Shown: piece by piece, positions 1 through 8,975 of the stretch | How positions within the stretch are numbered: the stretch's first letter is position 1 | Layout of the letters: each line of letters begins with the position of its first letter | From: Candidatus Eiseniibacteriota bacterium | GTDB lineage: Bacteria; Eisenbacteria; RBG-16-71-46; JABDJR01; JAWXBZ01 | DNA: 64,000 nucleotides | Direction: 5' to 3' | Assembly: GCA_034440375.1 (NCBI GenBank) | Contig: JAWXBZ010000235.1 | Span: 32,788 to 96,787, forward strand | Made by a program: the position numbers and the translations under genes | Notes under the pieces: model-generated | What the model was told of the DNA's origin: nothing | The model's input: the letters and a program-made list of their open reading frames with translations, nothing else | The model's database searches: none

Positions 1-1575
1 CTGACGCTGGCCGTGGGCGCCATTGCCTGGTCAATCGTCCGCTATCGTTTCCTCGACACGCAGCTCCTGGCCCGGCGCTCAATTCTCTACGCGCTGGTGA
101 CGGCGGCCCTGGTGGGCGCATACCTCACGCTGGTCCGCCAGGTCCAGGAGTTGCTGGCCCGCGCGCTGGGCCGCGAACTGACCGTCATCGAGCCGGTGTT
201 CCTGGTACTGGCGCTGATCCTGTTCCAACCCGTGTTGCAGCGGCTGGAGGAGCTGATCGATTCCTGGTTTCTGCGCGACCGACACGATCACCGGAACATC
301 CTGCGCGACCTTTCGCGTGACATCATTTCGATCCTTGACCGGAGGGATCTGACGCGCCGGATCGTGTCGACACTTTCCGAGGGGGTCCTGGCCCGCCATC
401 CGATCCTCATCGACCTGGAGGCGCCGGCGGGGGAGCGGGTCACGGCCGACGAGGTCGTATCCTTAGAAGCCCTGGCGCTGGAGGAGGATTCCATCCTAGC
501 GGAACTGCGCAGGCTGCCTCTCGACCAGGACTTCATCCATCGCGATCAGATGGCTGGACGACTCCAGGCCTGGGGAACACCGATCATCGACCTCCTGTAC
601 CGGCTGCGCATTCGCTACCTGGTGCCGATTCGCCATGGTGACCGGCTCCTTGGCGTTCTGCTGCTCGGTCGCAAGGTGACCAATGTGTCGTACACCGGCG
701 AGGAGGTCAGCCTCCTGTCGACACTGGCCAACCAGCTCGGGGTGGCGCTCCAGAATTCAGCTCTCTACAAGCAGAGCCTTGAAAAAGCCGTCATGGAAGA
801 AGAATTGGCGCTGGCCCGTCAGATCCAGGAGCGGCTGCTGCCGTCCGAGCTGCCGCGCATCGACCCGTTTCATGTGTCGGCCATCAACGTCCCCAGCAAG
901 ACGGTGGGCGGTGACTTCTACGACTTCGTCGAGCTGGAAGATGGTCGCCTCCTATTTGCCATCGCCGATGTGGCCGGCAAGGGGGTGCCGGCGGCGCTCC
1001 TTACCTCCATGCTGCAGGCCTCGCTCCGGACGCAGGTTCACGTGATGACCAGCCCCAGCCGGATACTGGCCAATCTCAACGACCTGACGTACCGGTTCAC
1101 CGCCGCTGATCAGTTCGCCACGTTATTCCTCGGGGTGCTCGACCCGGCCCGGCAGACGCTGACCTACGCCAATGCCGGGCACAATTTTCCGATGCGGCTG
1201 GCCGCGGACGGCACGGTGGAAGGGCTGACCGAGGGGGGACTCCTGCTCGGTGCGTTTCCGGGCATTCAATGGACGGAAACGACCATTCATCTCGTGCCCG
1301 GGGAGTGCCTGGTGTTTTATACCGATGGCGTCACGGAAGCCCGTCCGGCGGGAATCGACGAGGAGTACGGGGAGCGCCGGTTCCTGGAGCAGCTTCATCG
1401 CCTGCGGGAGGCGCCGCCAGAGCGGATCATGGACGCCATCCTGGAAGACGTGGCCGCTTACGCCGGTGACGAACAGGCCGACGACATCACGCTCATCATC
1501 ATCCGGATCGACGACACACCGGTCGAGCGGGGGGAGGTCGACCAGGTTCCGGCGATGCTGGAAGAGAGTCTCTGA
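1..1575 (+). CDS. Membrane GAF + PP2C/SpoIIE (RsbU-like) phosphatase, 5' partial
   Basis: VGGDFYDF, IADVAGKGVPAALL, FYTDGVTE and DDITL PP2C motifs; GAF-like region; TM helices; frame open from base 1. Confidence 0.9.
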   Translation: MTLAVGAIAWSIVRYRFLDTQLLARRSILYALVTAALVGAYLTLVRQVQELLARALGRELTVIEPVFLVLALILFQPVLQRLEELIDSWFLRDRHDHRNILRDLSRDIISILDRRDLTRRIVSTLSEGVLARHPILIDLEAPAGERVTADEVVSLEALALEEDSILAELRRLPLDQDFIHRDQMAGRLQAWGTPIIDLLYRLRIRYLVPIRHGDRLLGVLLLGRKVTNVSYTGEEVSLLSTLANQLGVALQNSALYKQSLEKAVMEEELALARQIQERLLPSELPRIDPFHVSAINVPSKTVGGDFYDFVELEDGRLLFAIADVAGKGVPAALLTSMLQASLRTQVHVMTSPSRILANLNDLTYRFTAADQFATLFLGVLDPARQTLTYANAGHNFPMRLAADGTVEGLTEGGLLLGAFPGIQWTETTIHLVPGECLVFYTDGVTEARPAGIDEEYGERRFLEQLHRLREAPPERIMDAILEDVAAYAGDEQADDITLIIIRIDDTPVERGEVDQVPAMLEESL

Positions 1576-1618
1576 GTGTGTGAGCCCGAGGAGATTCCAC
1601 CGGATTCCGCCGAACGCG

Positions 1619-1930
1619 TCAGGCCGCTTCCCGGAGTGCCAGGCCGATCATGATCACCACAGTGGCCAGCGTGATGAGCGCCGTGATCACCACCGACACC
1701 GCCAGAAACCGGCGCGCCGTGGGACCGTGGACGATCCGCTCCCATCCTTCGTCATCCACTGACATCCGAAGGAAGAGAAGCAGGCCGCCAATGCACATCG
1801 TCGAGGCCGGCACGGCCGCGCCCAGGCTCGCCTGTTCCGAGGCCGCAATGGCCAGGAGCACCAGAAGCCCCGAGAACGCCGAAATCGCCGCCAGCCATCG
1901 CCATGAGGATCGTTCAGTGATTCGTCTCAT
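1619..1930 (-). CDS. Hypothetical small membrane protein
   Basis: Three hydrophobic segments; start uncertain (ATG 1930 chosen). Confidence 0.45.
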   Translation of the reverse strand: MRRITERSSWRWLAAISAFSGLLVLLAIAASEQASLGAAVPASTMCIGGLLLFLRMSVDDEGWERIVHGPTARRFLAVSVVITALITLATVVIMIGLALREAA

Positions 1931-2098
1931 GGCATTCCCATCGGCCGGATTGCCGCCCCCCTTTAGTTGCAACTGAGCGAATCGCACGAGTCACGTGCCC
2001 TCCGAATCGGCCTCGTGCCAGAGGAAACGTCCGGGGGATCCAACCCATTGAACAGCAGGCCGTGCCCGGAGGTCCAATGACTCAATCGCTTTGCCGGT

Positions 2099-2502
2099 GT
2101 GGGAGAACTGAAGGACGTGACGGCACCGAGAGGACTAACGGAAGAATCCACGATCTCCACCACGCCGCGTCAGCCGGGCCTTGACCTGCTCCGTCTCGTG
2201 GCCATTGTGCTGGTGCTCGGCCGTCATCTGTTGCCACCGCCGGATTCGTTGCCGGGCGGCTGGCGAATGGCCTTGGCCACCTGGCAGCAGGGTGGGTGGA
2301 TTGGCGTTGATCTCTTCTTCGTCCTGAGCGGCTTCCTGGTGTCCGGGCTCTTGTTTGCCTAGTTCAAGTTGCATGGCCAGGTGACGCCTGCCCTGTTTTT
2401 TGCCCGCCGGGCGTGGAAAATTTATCCGCCGTACCTGGTGCTCATTGCCGTCACGGTCCATTCCTGTTCACGGTGGGGCTCACTCTCTTGTATCTCGGGG
2501 GC
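2099..2502 (+). pseudogene. Acyltransferase-3 (OafA-like) remnant
   Basis: GLDLLRLVAI..GWIGVDLFFVLSGFLV, in-frame TAG 2360-2362, continues FFARRAWKIYPPY, then breaks off into another frame. Confidence 0.8.
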
Positions 2503-2554
2503 CGTTGGACCACCCAGTGCCAACGCCCCATCTCCCTCCGGGAGCAGGCCCCAC

Positions 2555-3733
2555 TCAGTGAGCCGCGTCCTCACCCCAGAGCTCTTTCAACCGGGCATCA
2601 CGACCACAGCCGAGTCGGTAGCCGAAATAATGGACCGGGTTCTTCCGGTGATAGTCCTGATGGTATTCCTCGGCGGGCCAGAAGGTGCCGGCGGGACTGA
2701 TCGTCGTGACGATCGGTCCCGACACCTTCAACTTCGTGGCAGCCCAGTCCCGGCTCGCCTCGGCCAGCGCCTGCTGCCGGGTGCTGCGAGGGAAAATGGC
2801 GGCCCGATAGGTGTCGCCCCAATCGCAGAACTGCCGGTCGTCCGTCGTCGGATCGACGTTTCGCCAGTACACCTTCAACAGGTCGGCGTAGCTCACCTTT
2901 GTGGAATCAAAGGCTACCCAGATGGCTTCGATGTGGCCCGTCGTGTGGGTATTGCTCATCTCATACGTCGGGTCGTCCATATGCCCGCCGGTGTAGCCGG
3001 AAACAACCGCATAAACTCCAGGAATTTTCTCGAAGGGTAGTTCCATGCACCAGAAGCAGCCACCGGCCAGGATGGCCACATCCTGGTTCGGTTGGTCGGC
3101 CGGCAGCATGGCCATGCCGGAGTGCTTCGATTTCGGCGCCCGCGAGAGCTGGAATCGGGCGGCGTCGGCGCCCCGCAATTCCGGCAACTCTTCCTCGCCG
3201 GGTACAAATCGGAGTGACACGCCGTTATTGCACCAGCGCTGGCCGGTCGGGGGGGGGCCGTCATCAAAGAGGTGGCCCATGTGTCCGCCGCACCGCACGC
3301 AGTGATACTCGGTTCGGGGCACGATCATCTTCGTATCCTGCCTGAGCCCGAGCCGCCCCGGTATCGGTTCGAAGAAGCTGGGCCACCCCGTGCCGCTGTC
3401 GAACTTGCTTTTCGACGAAAAGACCGGGAGATAGCAAGCCGCGCAGACGAACGTTCCCGCGCGGTGTTCGTCATTCAACGGGCTGGTGAAAGCCCGTTCC
3501 GTTCCGTCCTCGAACAGGACCCGCCGGGCTTCCGGCGAGACCTTGTCGCGCCAGAAGTCGGGGGTCACGGCCAGCGGTGAAACGGCCGTCATGTCCCAGG
3601 CAGCGGCGTGAGGGCCAACCGTCGGGGGCGTGTCGGCGCGCGTGCTGTTTCGGGGAGTCGCCCCGCAGGCCATCAGGAGGAGGGCGGGGAGTGTCAGGCC
3701 GATAAGCCAGGCCGGCTGGCGGTTGGGTGACAT
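2555..3733 (-). CDS. msrAB: Methionine sulfoxide reductase MsrB-MsrA fusion, predicted lipoprotein
   Basis: MsrB GTERAF, KFDSGTGWPSF, HMGHLFDDGP, RWCNN; MsrA GGCFWC, AEEYHQDY; lipobox-like LLMAC. Confidence 0.93.
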   Translation of the reverse strand: MSPNRQPAWLIGLTLPALLLMACGATPRNSTRADTPPTVGPHAAAWDMTAVSPLAVTPDFWRDKVSPEARRVLFEDGTERAFTSPLNDEHRAGTFVCAACYLPVFSSKSKFDSGTGWPSFFEPIPGRLGLRQDTKMIVPRTEYHCVRCGGHMGHLFDDGPPPTGQRWCNNGVSLRFVPGEEELPELRGADAARFQLSRAPKSKHSGMAMLPADQPNQDVAILAGGCFWCMELPFEKIPGVYAVVSGYTGGHMDDPTYEMSNTHTTGHIEAIWVAFDSTKVSYADLLKVYWRNVDPTTDDRQFCDWGDTYRAAIFPRSTRQQALAEASRDWAATKLKVSGPIVTTISPAGTFWPAEEYHQDYHRKNPVHYFGYRLGCGRDARLKELWGEDAAH

Positions 3734-3856
3734 GCCGGGTTGGATGCCGCGGGAAGGCGGCTGGTTTCCTTTAATATCGGGTGACGTCAGGATTGCTGAT
3801 AGGGAAACCACGTGTAATTGCTCCCAAAAGGCATCGATTCTCGTGACAGGCTCCAT

Positions 3857-4765
3857 TCACTTACCGCGAAAGTTGACTTTTCGGCCCGCGTTGCAAATGG
3901 CGACGACGGCCGGGTGACTTAAGCGCCGCTCTGCAGAGATGGCGTAGAATCGCTGGCGGAGGGTGCCGACCCGCCCGACAACCCGCACGCGGTAGCGCTT
4001 GACCACGTCCGCTTCGATGGCGGAAGGGCCAGCGAAGACCCCGACGCCGGCCTCTCCGAGCACCTTTAGGAGGGCGCTGTCGTCGATCTCGCCGACGATC
4101 CGCGGCCGCAGCTTCTGCGACTCGAACCAGTCCTCGAGGCTCCGGCGCAGTGCTGCGTTGCGGCCCGGAAGCAAGAAGGGGGCTCCATTCAACCCACCGG
4201 GAAACCGCTTGTGCAGGGTCGCCGCCACACGTGGGTTCGCGAAGAAGCAGGTGCCGGTCTCGCCAAGGAGATGACTGAATAGCTTGACCGGCAGCTCCGA
4301 CCCCGCAGGGGCATCGGAGAGCACAACATCGAGGCCGTGTACCGCCAACTCAGAGAGGAACCCTTCCAGGGACCTGTCCTCGCGACAGACGAGACGCACG
4401 GGCTCACCCAGTTGCAGGGCCGGCTCGATGAGTTGTTGCACGATCGCTTTGGGCACCGCGTTTGTAACGCCGACGACGAGACGGAGCGGGTGTCCAGCCG
4501 CTTGTCCTCTGACGGTCTCAACAAACTCCCGCCCGAGAGTGAAGATCTCGTCGGCATAACGAAAAGCGACGCGCCCCACATCGGTGAGTACCAGGCGTCG
4601 CCCAACGCGCCTGAAGAGCTTCTCACCCAGCATCTCCTCCAGCCGTCGGATCTGACCGCTGACAGTCGGCTGGGCGAGCCGGAGCTCTTTGCTCGCTCGC
4701 ACAATGCTGCCTTCCCGGGCGACCATCCAAAAGTAGAGAAAATGGTGGTAGTTGAGCCACTCCAT
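3857..4765 (-). CDS. nhaR: LysR-family transcriptional activator NhaR
   Basis: MEWLNYHHFLYFWMVAREGSI N-terminus, EIDDSALLK, FYAISAERRLSHPAV. Confidence 0.9.
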   Translation of the reverse strand: MEWLNYHHFLYFWMVAREGSIVRASKELRLAQPTVSGQIRRLEEMLGEKLFRRVGRRLVLTDVGRVAFRYADEIFTLGREFVETVRGQAAGHPLRLVVGVTNAVPKAIVQQLIEPALQLGEPVRLVCREDRSLEGFLSELAVHGLDVVLSDAPAGSELPVKLFSHLLGETGTCFFANPRVAATLHKRFPGGLNGAPFLLPGRNAALRRSLEDWFESQKLRPRIVGEIDDSALLKVLGEAGVGVFAGPSAIEADVVKRYRVRVVGRVGTLRQRFYAISAERRLSHPAVVAICNAGRKVNFRGK

Positions 4766-4772
4766 GGCCGGC

Positions 4773-4793
4773 AGTATACCTCGTATTTTACGA
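4773..4793. promoter_or_regulatory. nhaR -10 box (TATACT on minus strand) and LysR T-N11-A dyad TCGTA-TTT-TACGA
   Basis: Perfect 5-bp dyad at 4781-4793 in the divergent intergenic region; -10 at 4773-4778 lies 7 nt from the ATG. Confidence 0.7.
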
Positions 4794-4955
4794 AGGATTG
4801 CCTCTAATCTTTCTTATTTTATTCAGGGCTCGTGTATCCGATTCTTCACATGTGCCTCGCGAGGTGCGAACCCGATCTGAACTTCCGAGGAGATTCTGCC
4901 GGAACCCCGTACGGGGACCCGGGTCACTTACACGTCACACGAGGGGCCAACCCCG

Positions 4956-5660
4956 ATGACCACACTACAACTCGCGCCGACTTTTCTCCTGGCTTCACTG
5001 CTGCTCTGCGCGTTGCCCGCGATCTCCAATGAGCCACGGCGCGACCGGGAACACCCGAAAGTTGTCGCTGCCGATGCATTCGCCCGTCTCGAAGACGGCA
5101 ACCAGCGCTACGTGGCTGCAGAAAGCTCATGCCTCCACGACAGACAGGACGCCAAGCGCCGCGTCGATCAGGCCACCGATCAGCATCCGTTCGCAGTCAT
5201 CCTCGGTTGCGCGGATTCGCGCACTTCACCGGAGCTGTTGTTCGACCAGGGCCTCGGTGATTTGTTCGTCGTCCGGGTGGCCGGCAATGTTCTCAACGAC
5301 CACGTCCTCGGCAGCATCGAGTATGCGGTCGAACATCTAGGGGCTCGGATCGTCGTCGTCCTCGGCCATGAGCGCTGCGGCGCGGTTAAAGCCACCAGAG
5401 ACATTCTTGCAACCAAAGCCGAGGCGCCATCGCACATCAACTCGCTGGTTAGCGCCATTCGGCCGGCGGTGGAGGCCGCCCCCGGGACCGACCTGGAGGT
5501 CATGATCCACGCGAACATCCGATACGTGGTTCAAGGTCTGCGCTCATCCGCCCCCACTCTCAAGAGCAAGGTTGACTCGGGGGAGATCGTCGTGGTGGGT
5601 GCCTACTACGACCTCGATACGGGTAAGGTGGTTTTCATCGATGATGGGCAGGATGACTGA
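4956..5660 (+). CDS. Beta-class carbonic anhydrase with signal peptide
   Basis: GCADSR, DLFVVRVAGN, GSIEYAV, LGHERCGAV zinc motifs; hydrophobic N-terminus. Confidence 0.93.
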   Translation: MTTLQLAPTFLLASLLLCALPAISNEPRRDREHPKVVAADAFARLEDGNQRYVAAESSCLHDRQDAKRRVDQATDQHPFAVILGCADSRTSPELLFDQGLGDLFVVRVAGNVLNDHVLGSIEYAVEHLGARIVVVLGHERCGAVKATRDILATKAEAPSHINSLVSAIRPAVEAAPGTDLEVMIHANIRYVVQGLRSSAPTLKSKVDSGEIVVVGAYYDLDTGKVVFIDDGQDD

Positions 5661-5849
5661 AACAGAGCGAGATCACTGTGGATCGTCATGCCGGTAGCAG
5701 GGGCGTGTCTGAAACAGCACTGGTTTCCGCGAAGTCGCCGAGGCGCGGATTCTGCGATGAGCGCCAATCACGAGGACTACAACCAGCCCACGCCGAACCA
5801 TGCTCAGACACAAGGAACGCCGGTCGTGTGGCCGCAGAGAGGTGAAGTC

Positions 5850-7064
5850 ATGAACAGGTACTCAACCACCGGGACAGGCGACACTGAGATGCCAACCATG
5901 GATCTGAGCGAGCTCCAGGCTCACATCCGTGCCCTCATCACGTTGGAGGAGACTGACGCGCCGACGCTCAGTTGCTACCTGAGCGTGGGGGGGCCGGTCA
6001 ACGACCCCCTGCCAGCGTTTGATCGGCGCGTGAACGCAGTCCGCAAGGTGCTCCGGCGGGAGGAACGCGAGCCCTTCGAGGAGGCACTCAACCACATCAA
6101 AAACTTTCTGGCCAATGAAGTGCATTCCGCCGCACAAGGCGTAGCGGTCTTCTCCCGGGCCGGGACGAGGCCCTTTTCCCTGGGACTGCAGTTTCAGGTG
6201 CCGCTTCCCGACCTGCTATTGGTTGACTCGACTCCAAACATCCACCACCTGGTCGAGCTCAAGGACACTTACCACCGTTACGTCGTGCTCATCACCACCG
6301 AGAAGTGGGCGCGTATCCTCGAAGTCAACCTCGGCGCCATCACGGAAGAACTATGGACCGCGCGACCCGAGCTGCGCGAGCGGGTAGGCCGTGAGTGGAC
6401 TCAGGAGCATTACCAGAACCACCGTCGCGATCGTGGCGAACGCTTCCTCAAGGAAAAGATCGAGGTTCTCGAGCAACTCATGTCAGCCGGCGGACACACC
6501 CACCTGATCCTGGCGGGTAGCCCCCGTCTGACTGCGAGGGTACGCAACTGCCTCCCGAAACACATCGCCGCCAAGCTTGTGGACACCGTGTCGGCCTCAG
6601 CGAACGTTCGTGTAGACGATGTGGTCACTGCGACGCTGTCGAGTTTCGTCGAAGTGGAACAGGAGGAGTCGCTGACCGCCGTGGCTCAGCTCGTCAGCAA
6701 CCTGCGGCGCGGTGGTCTCGCTGTATCCGCTACCGGACCCACCCTCCTGGCCCTGCGACGCGGGCAGGCCGACGTCCTGGTCCTGGCCACGACATACGAA
6801 CCGCCGCTCGGGGCAAGCTGCCGAGCCTGCGGGTGGATCGATGCTGTGTCCCGAATGCCCGCGGAATGCCCGGAGTGCACATCGGCCGAGCTCAGGGCCG
6901 TGAACCTCAAGGAGGCAATGGTCAAACTCGCGGTGGAACGATCCACCGAGGTCGAGTTCGTCCGGGACAGCGACACCCTTATGGATCTCGGCGGTGTGGG
7001 TTGCCTGTTGCGATACGCGATGTCGAAGCAGGGCATGTGGGTTGGATCCGAAGAGGGCATGTGA
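5850..7064 (+). CDS. Bacterial aeRF1/pelota-like (baeRF) protein with zinc ribbon
   Basis: QGVAVFS, LVELKDTYHRY, LILAGS, GQADVLVL, CRACG..CPEC, LGGVGCLLRY typical of eRF1 domains 1-3; RBS GAGGTG before ATG 5850. Confidence 0.75.
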   Translation: MNRYSTTGTGDTEMPTMDLSELQAHIRALITLEETDAPTLSCYLSVGGPVNDPLPAFDRRVNAVRKVLRREEREPFEEALNHIKNFLANEVHSAAQGVAVFSRAGTRPFSLGLQFQVPLPDLLLVDSTPNIHHLVELKDTYHRYVVLITTEKWARILEVNLGAITEELWTARPELRERVGREWTQEHYQNHRRDRGERFLKEKIEVLEQLMSAGGHTHLILAGSPRLTARVRNCLPKHIAAKLVDTVSASANVRVDDVVTATLSSFVEVEQEESLTAVAQLVSNLRRGGLAVSATGPTLLALRRGQADVLVLATTYEPPLGASCRACGWIDAVSRMPAECPECTSAELRAVNLKEAMVKLAVERSTEVEFVRDSDTLMDLGGVGCLLRYAMSKQGMWVGSEEGM

Positions 7065-7116
7065 TGAAAGTCAATCTCCGCAGATCTCGTGGCCCAGTAC
7101 CCAATCAAGAGATCTC

Positions 7117-8115
7117 ATGACGCAGGAGCTGTGGCTATGGATAGGGTTCAACGCTTTCATCGTCGGAATGCTGGTGCTGGATCTCGCCGTGTTCCACAAG
7201 AAACCGCACGAGGTGAAGTTCAAGGAGGCCGCGGGCTGGAGCGTATTCTGGATCGCCCTCGCTCTCGTGTTCAACGCGGGCCTGTGGTTCGTGCGCGGCC
7301 AGCAGGCGGGGCTCGAGTTCCTGACCGCGTATCTCATCGAGAAGTCGCTCAGCGTGGACAACCTGTTCGTGTTCCTGCTGGTGTTCTCGTACTTCGCGGT
7401 GCCCGCGAAACACCAGCACGGGGTGCTGTTCTGGGGCATCCTCGGCGCGCTCGTGTTCCGCTTCATCTTCATCATCGCCGGCATCGAGCTGCTCGAGAGC
7501 TTCCACTGGCTGATCTACGTGTTCGGTGCAATCCTCATCGTGTCCGGGGTCAAACTGTGGCAGGAGAAGGAGAAGAAGATCGAGCCCGAGAAGAACCCGC
7601 TCGTGCGCCTGTTCCGTCGCCTGATGCCGGTGACGCCCGAGTACCACGACGGAAAGTTCTTCGTACGGCAGTCCGGAAAGCTCGCGGCCACGCCGCTGTT
7701 CGTCGTGCTGCTCGTGGTCGAGACCACCGACATCGTGTTCGCGGTGGACTCGATCCCGGCGGTCCTCGCGATCACGCGCGACCCGTTCATCGTGTACAGC
7801 TCGAACGCGTTCGCGATCCTCGGGCTCCGCGCGCTGTACTTCGCGCTCTCGGGAGTCATGCGGATGTTCCACCACCTGCACTACGGCCTGTCGGCGGTCC
7901 TCGTGTTCATCGGCGTCAAGATGATCGCCTCGGAGTTCGTCAAGGTGCCGACCGTGGCCTCGCTTGCGGTCGTGGCTGCGATCCTCGCGGTCTCGATCTG
8001 GGCGAGTCTCCGGTGGCCCGCGAAGGGCGGGCATGCGGTGTCGGAGACCCCAATCGCTTCGGGCGATACGGCCGTGCGGCCCGAGGTAGCCGAGGATGCG
8101 GAGAGCTCCCGGTGA
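7117..8115 (+). CDS. TerC/Alx family metal-homeostasis membrane protein
   Basis: YLIEKSLSVDNLFVF, ETTDIVFAVDSIPAV, SNAFAILGLRALYF. Confidence 0.93.
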   Translation: MTQELWLWIGFNAFIVGMLVLDLAVFHKKPHEVKFKEAAGWSVFWIALALVFNAGLWFVRGQQAGLEFLTAYLIEKSLSVDNLFVFLLVFSYFAVPAKHQHGVLFWGILGALVFRFIFIIAGIELLESFHWLIYVFGAILIVSGVKLWQEKEKKIEPEKNPLVRLFRRLMPVTPEYHDGKFFVRQSGKLAATPLFVVLLVVETTDIVFAVDSIPAVLAITRDPFIVYSSNAFAILGLRALYFALSGVMRMFHHLHYGLSAVLVFIGVKMIASEFVKVPTVASLAVVAAILAVSIWASLRWPAKGGHAVSETPIASGDTAVRPEVAEDAESSR

Positions 8116-8212
8116 GCCGGCCGTTCCAGTTCTGACCGCAGGGGGTCGCCCGCGAAGAGATCCTTCCAGAGCCGCGGTGTGATGCGGCCACGGGAGGAAG
8201 AATGGGCGAGCC

Positions 8213-8635
8213 TCATGGGAGTACAGAGAACCCCTCACGTCGAGCCGCGCTCGAGAGGCGCGTGTCGAGCGATATGAAGGAGTGGCCAGTGGGGTCGTCG
8301 TGTGTTGCGATCAGGGCCGCGCCCAGTTGAAGTGCATCGCCGGCGCGGATGGCGTGGATTCCCAGGAGTCGCTTGGCCCGGAGTTTGACTGGTTCCAGCA
8401 GCGAAATGAGCTCGATGACCTGCCAATGGAACTCGGCTTCCTCCCGAGCCTGACGGATCATTTCCTCGGAAACGATCCGTTCACGCTCCAGCCGGGCGAG
8501 GGCGGATCGGATCTCGACATCGCTCAGGGTCCATGTATACACGCGGCCACCGAGCTCAAGGATGTCACGGACGTCGTCGCTGCTCGCCTGACTGACGTAA
8601 AGGGCCACCAGTGCCGATGAATCCCAGTAGGTCAT
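8213..8635 (-). CDS. vapC: VapC PIN-domain toxin
   Basis: YWDSSALV, RAGDALQLGAA, SLDTRLSSAARREGF. Confidence 0.88.
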   Translation of the reverse strand: MTYWDSSALVALYVSQASSDDVRDILELGGRVYTWTLSDVEIRSALARLERERIVSEEMIRQAREEAEFHWQVIELISLLEPVKLRAKRLLGIHAIRAGDALQLGAALIATHDDPTGHSFISLDTRLSSAARREGFSVLP

Positions 8636-8919
8636 TCCCTGTCTCGGTCCTCGCTCAGGAGGCGGACGATGTCCACCGGGCAGGGGATCGGCGGATTCAG
8701 TGGACGACGCGGCCCCGATCGGTGTTGCGCCGGGGTCACGATGCCCTCGCGGACCAGGCGCTCCAGATAGGCGTCCTCGCTCTCGAGCGTCTTCGGAAGG
8801 CCCGATAGGTGGGCAATGGGGACCGAGTGCTCAAGGACCTCTATGGTCTCCCCACTCTTGACCAATCGCAGGTACTGGCTCAGCCGGTTCTTGAGTTCGC
8901 TGACGCTCACTTTCTTCAT
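8632..8919 (-). CDS. Phd/YefM-family antitoxin
   Basis: MKKVSVSELKNRLSQYLRLVKSGETIEV; 4-nt overlap with toxin. Confidence 0.88.
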   Translation of the reverse strand: MKKVSVSELKNRLSQYLRLVKSGETIEVLEHSVPIAHLSGLPKTLESEDAYLERLVREGIVTPAQHRSGPRRPLNPPIPCPVDIVRLLSEDRDRE

Positions 8920-8925
8920 TTGGCT

Positions 8926-8954
8926 AGAATAGCTATATTTATTAGGCCTGTCAA
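8926..8954 (-). promoter_or_regulatory. Sigma70 promoter of the phd-vapC pair
   Basis: TTGACA-17 nt-TATTCT, 6 nt upstream of the antitoxin ATG. Confidence 0.8.
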
Positions 8955-8975
8955 GCCTGATTAGACGGTGCCTGG

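Noticed and set aside
2360-2362. In-frame TAG as pyrrolysine or recoding
   Set aside because: Gene also breaks off about 100 nt later, and TAG is a normal stop elsewhere in the window
7065-7116. yybP-ykoY riboswitch before terC, or Na+/Li+ riboswitch in 4800-4955 and 5661-5849
   Set aside because: Spacer is only about 50 nt and no consensus was recognised; only short hairpins seen (an Rfam scan would settle it)
7089-8238. Long overlapping ORFs over terC and similar ones (9237-10664, 15397-16788, 17641-19122, 38700-40463, 48068-49750, 60145-61575)
   Set aside because: Shadow frames of high-GC genes, Arg/Pro-rich with no motifs
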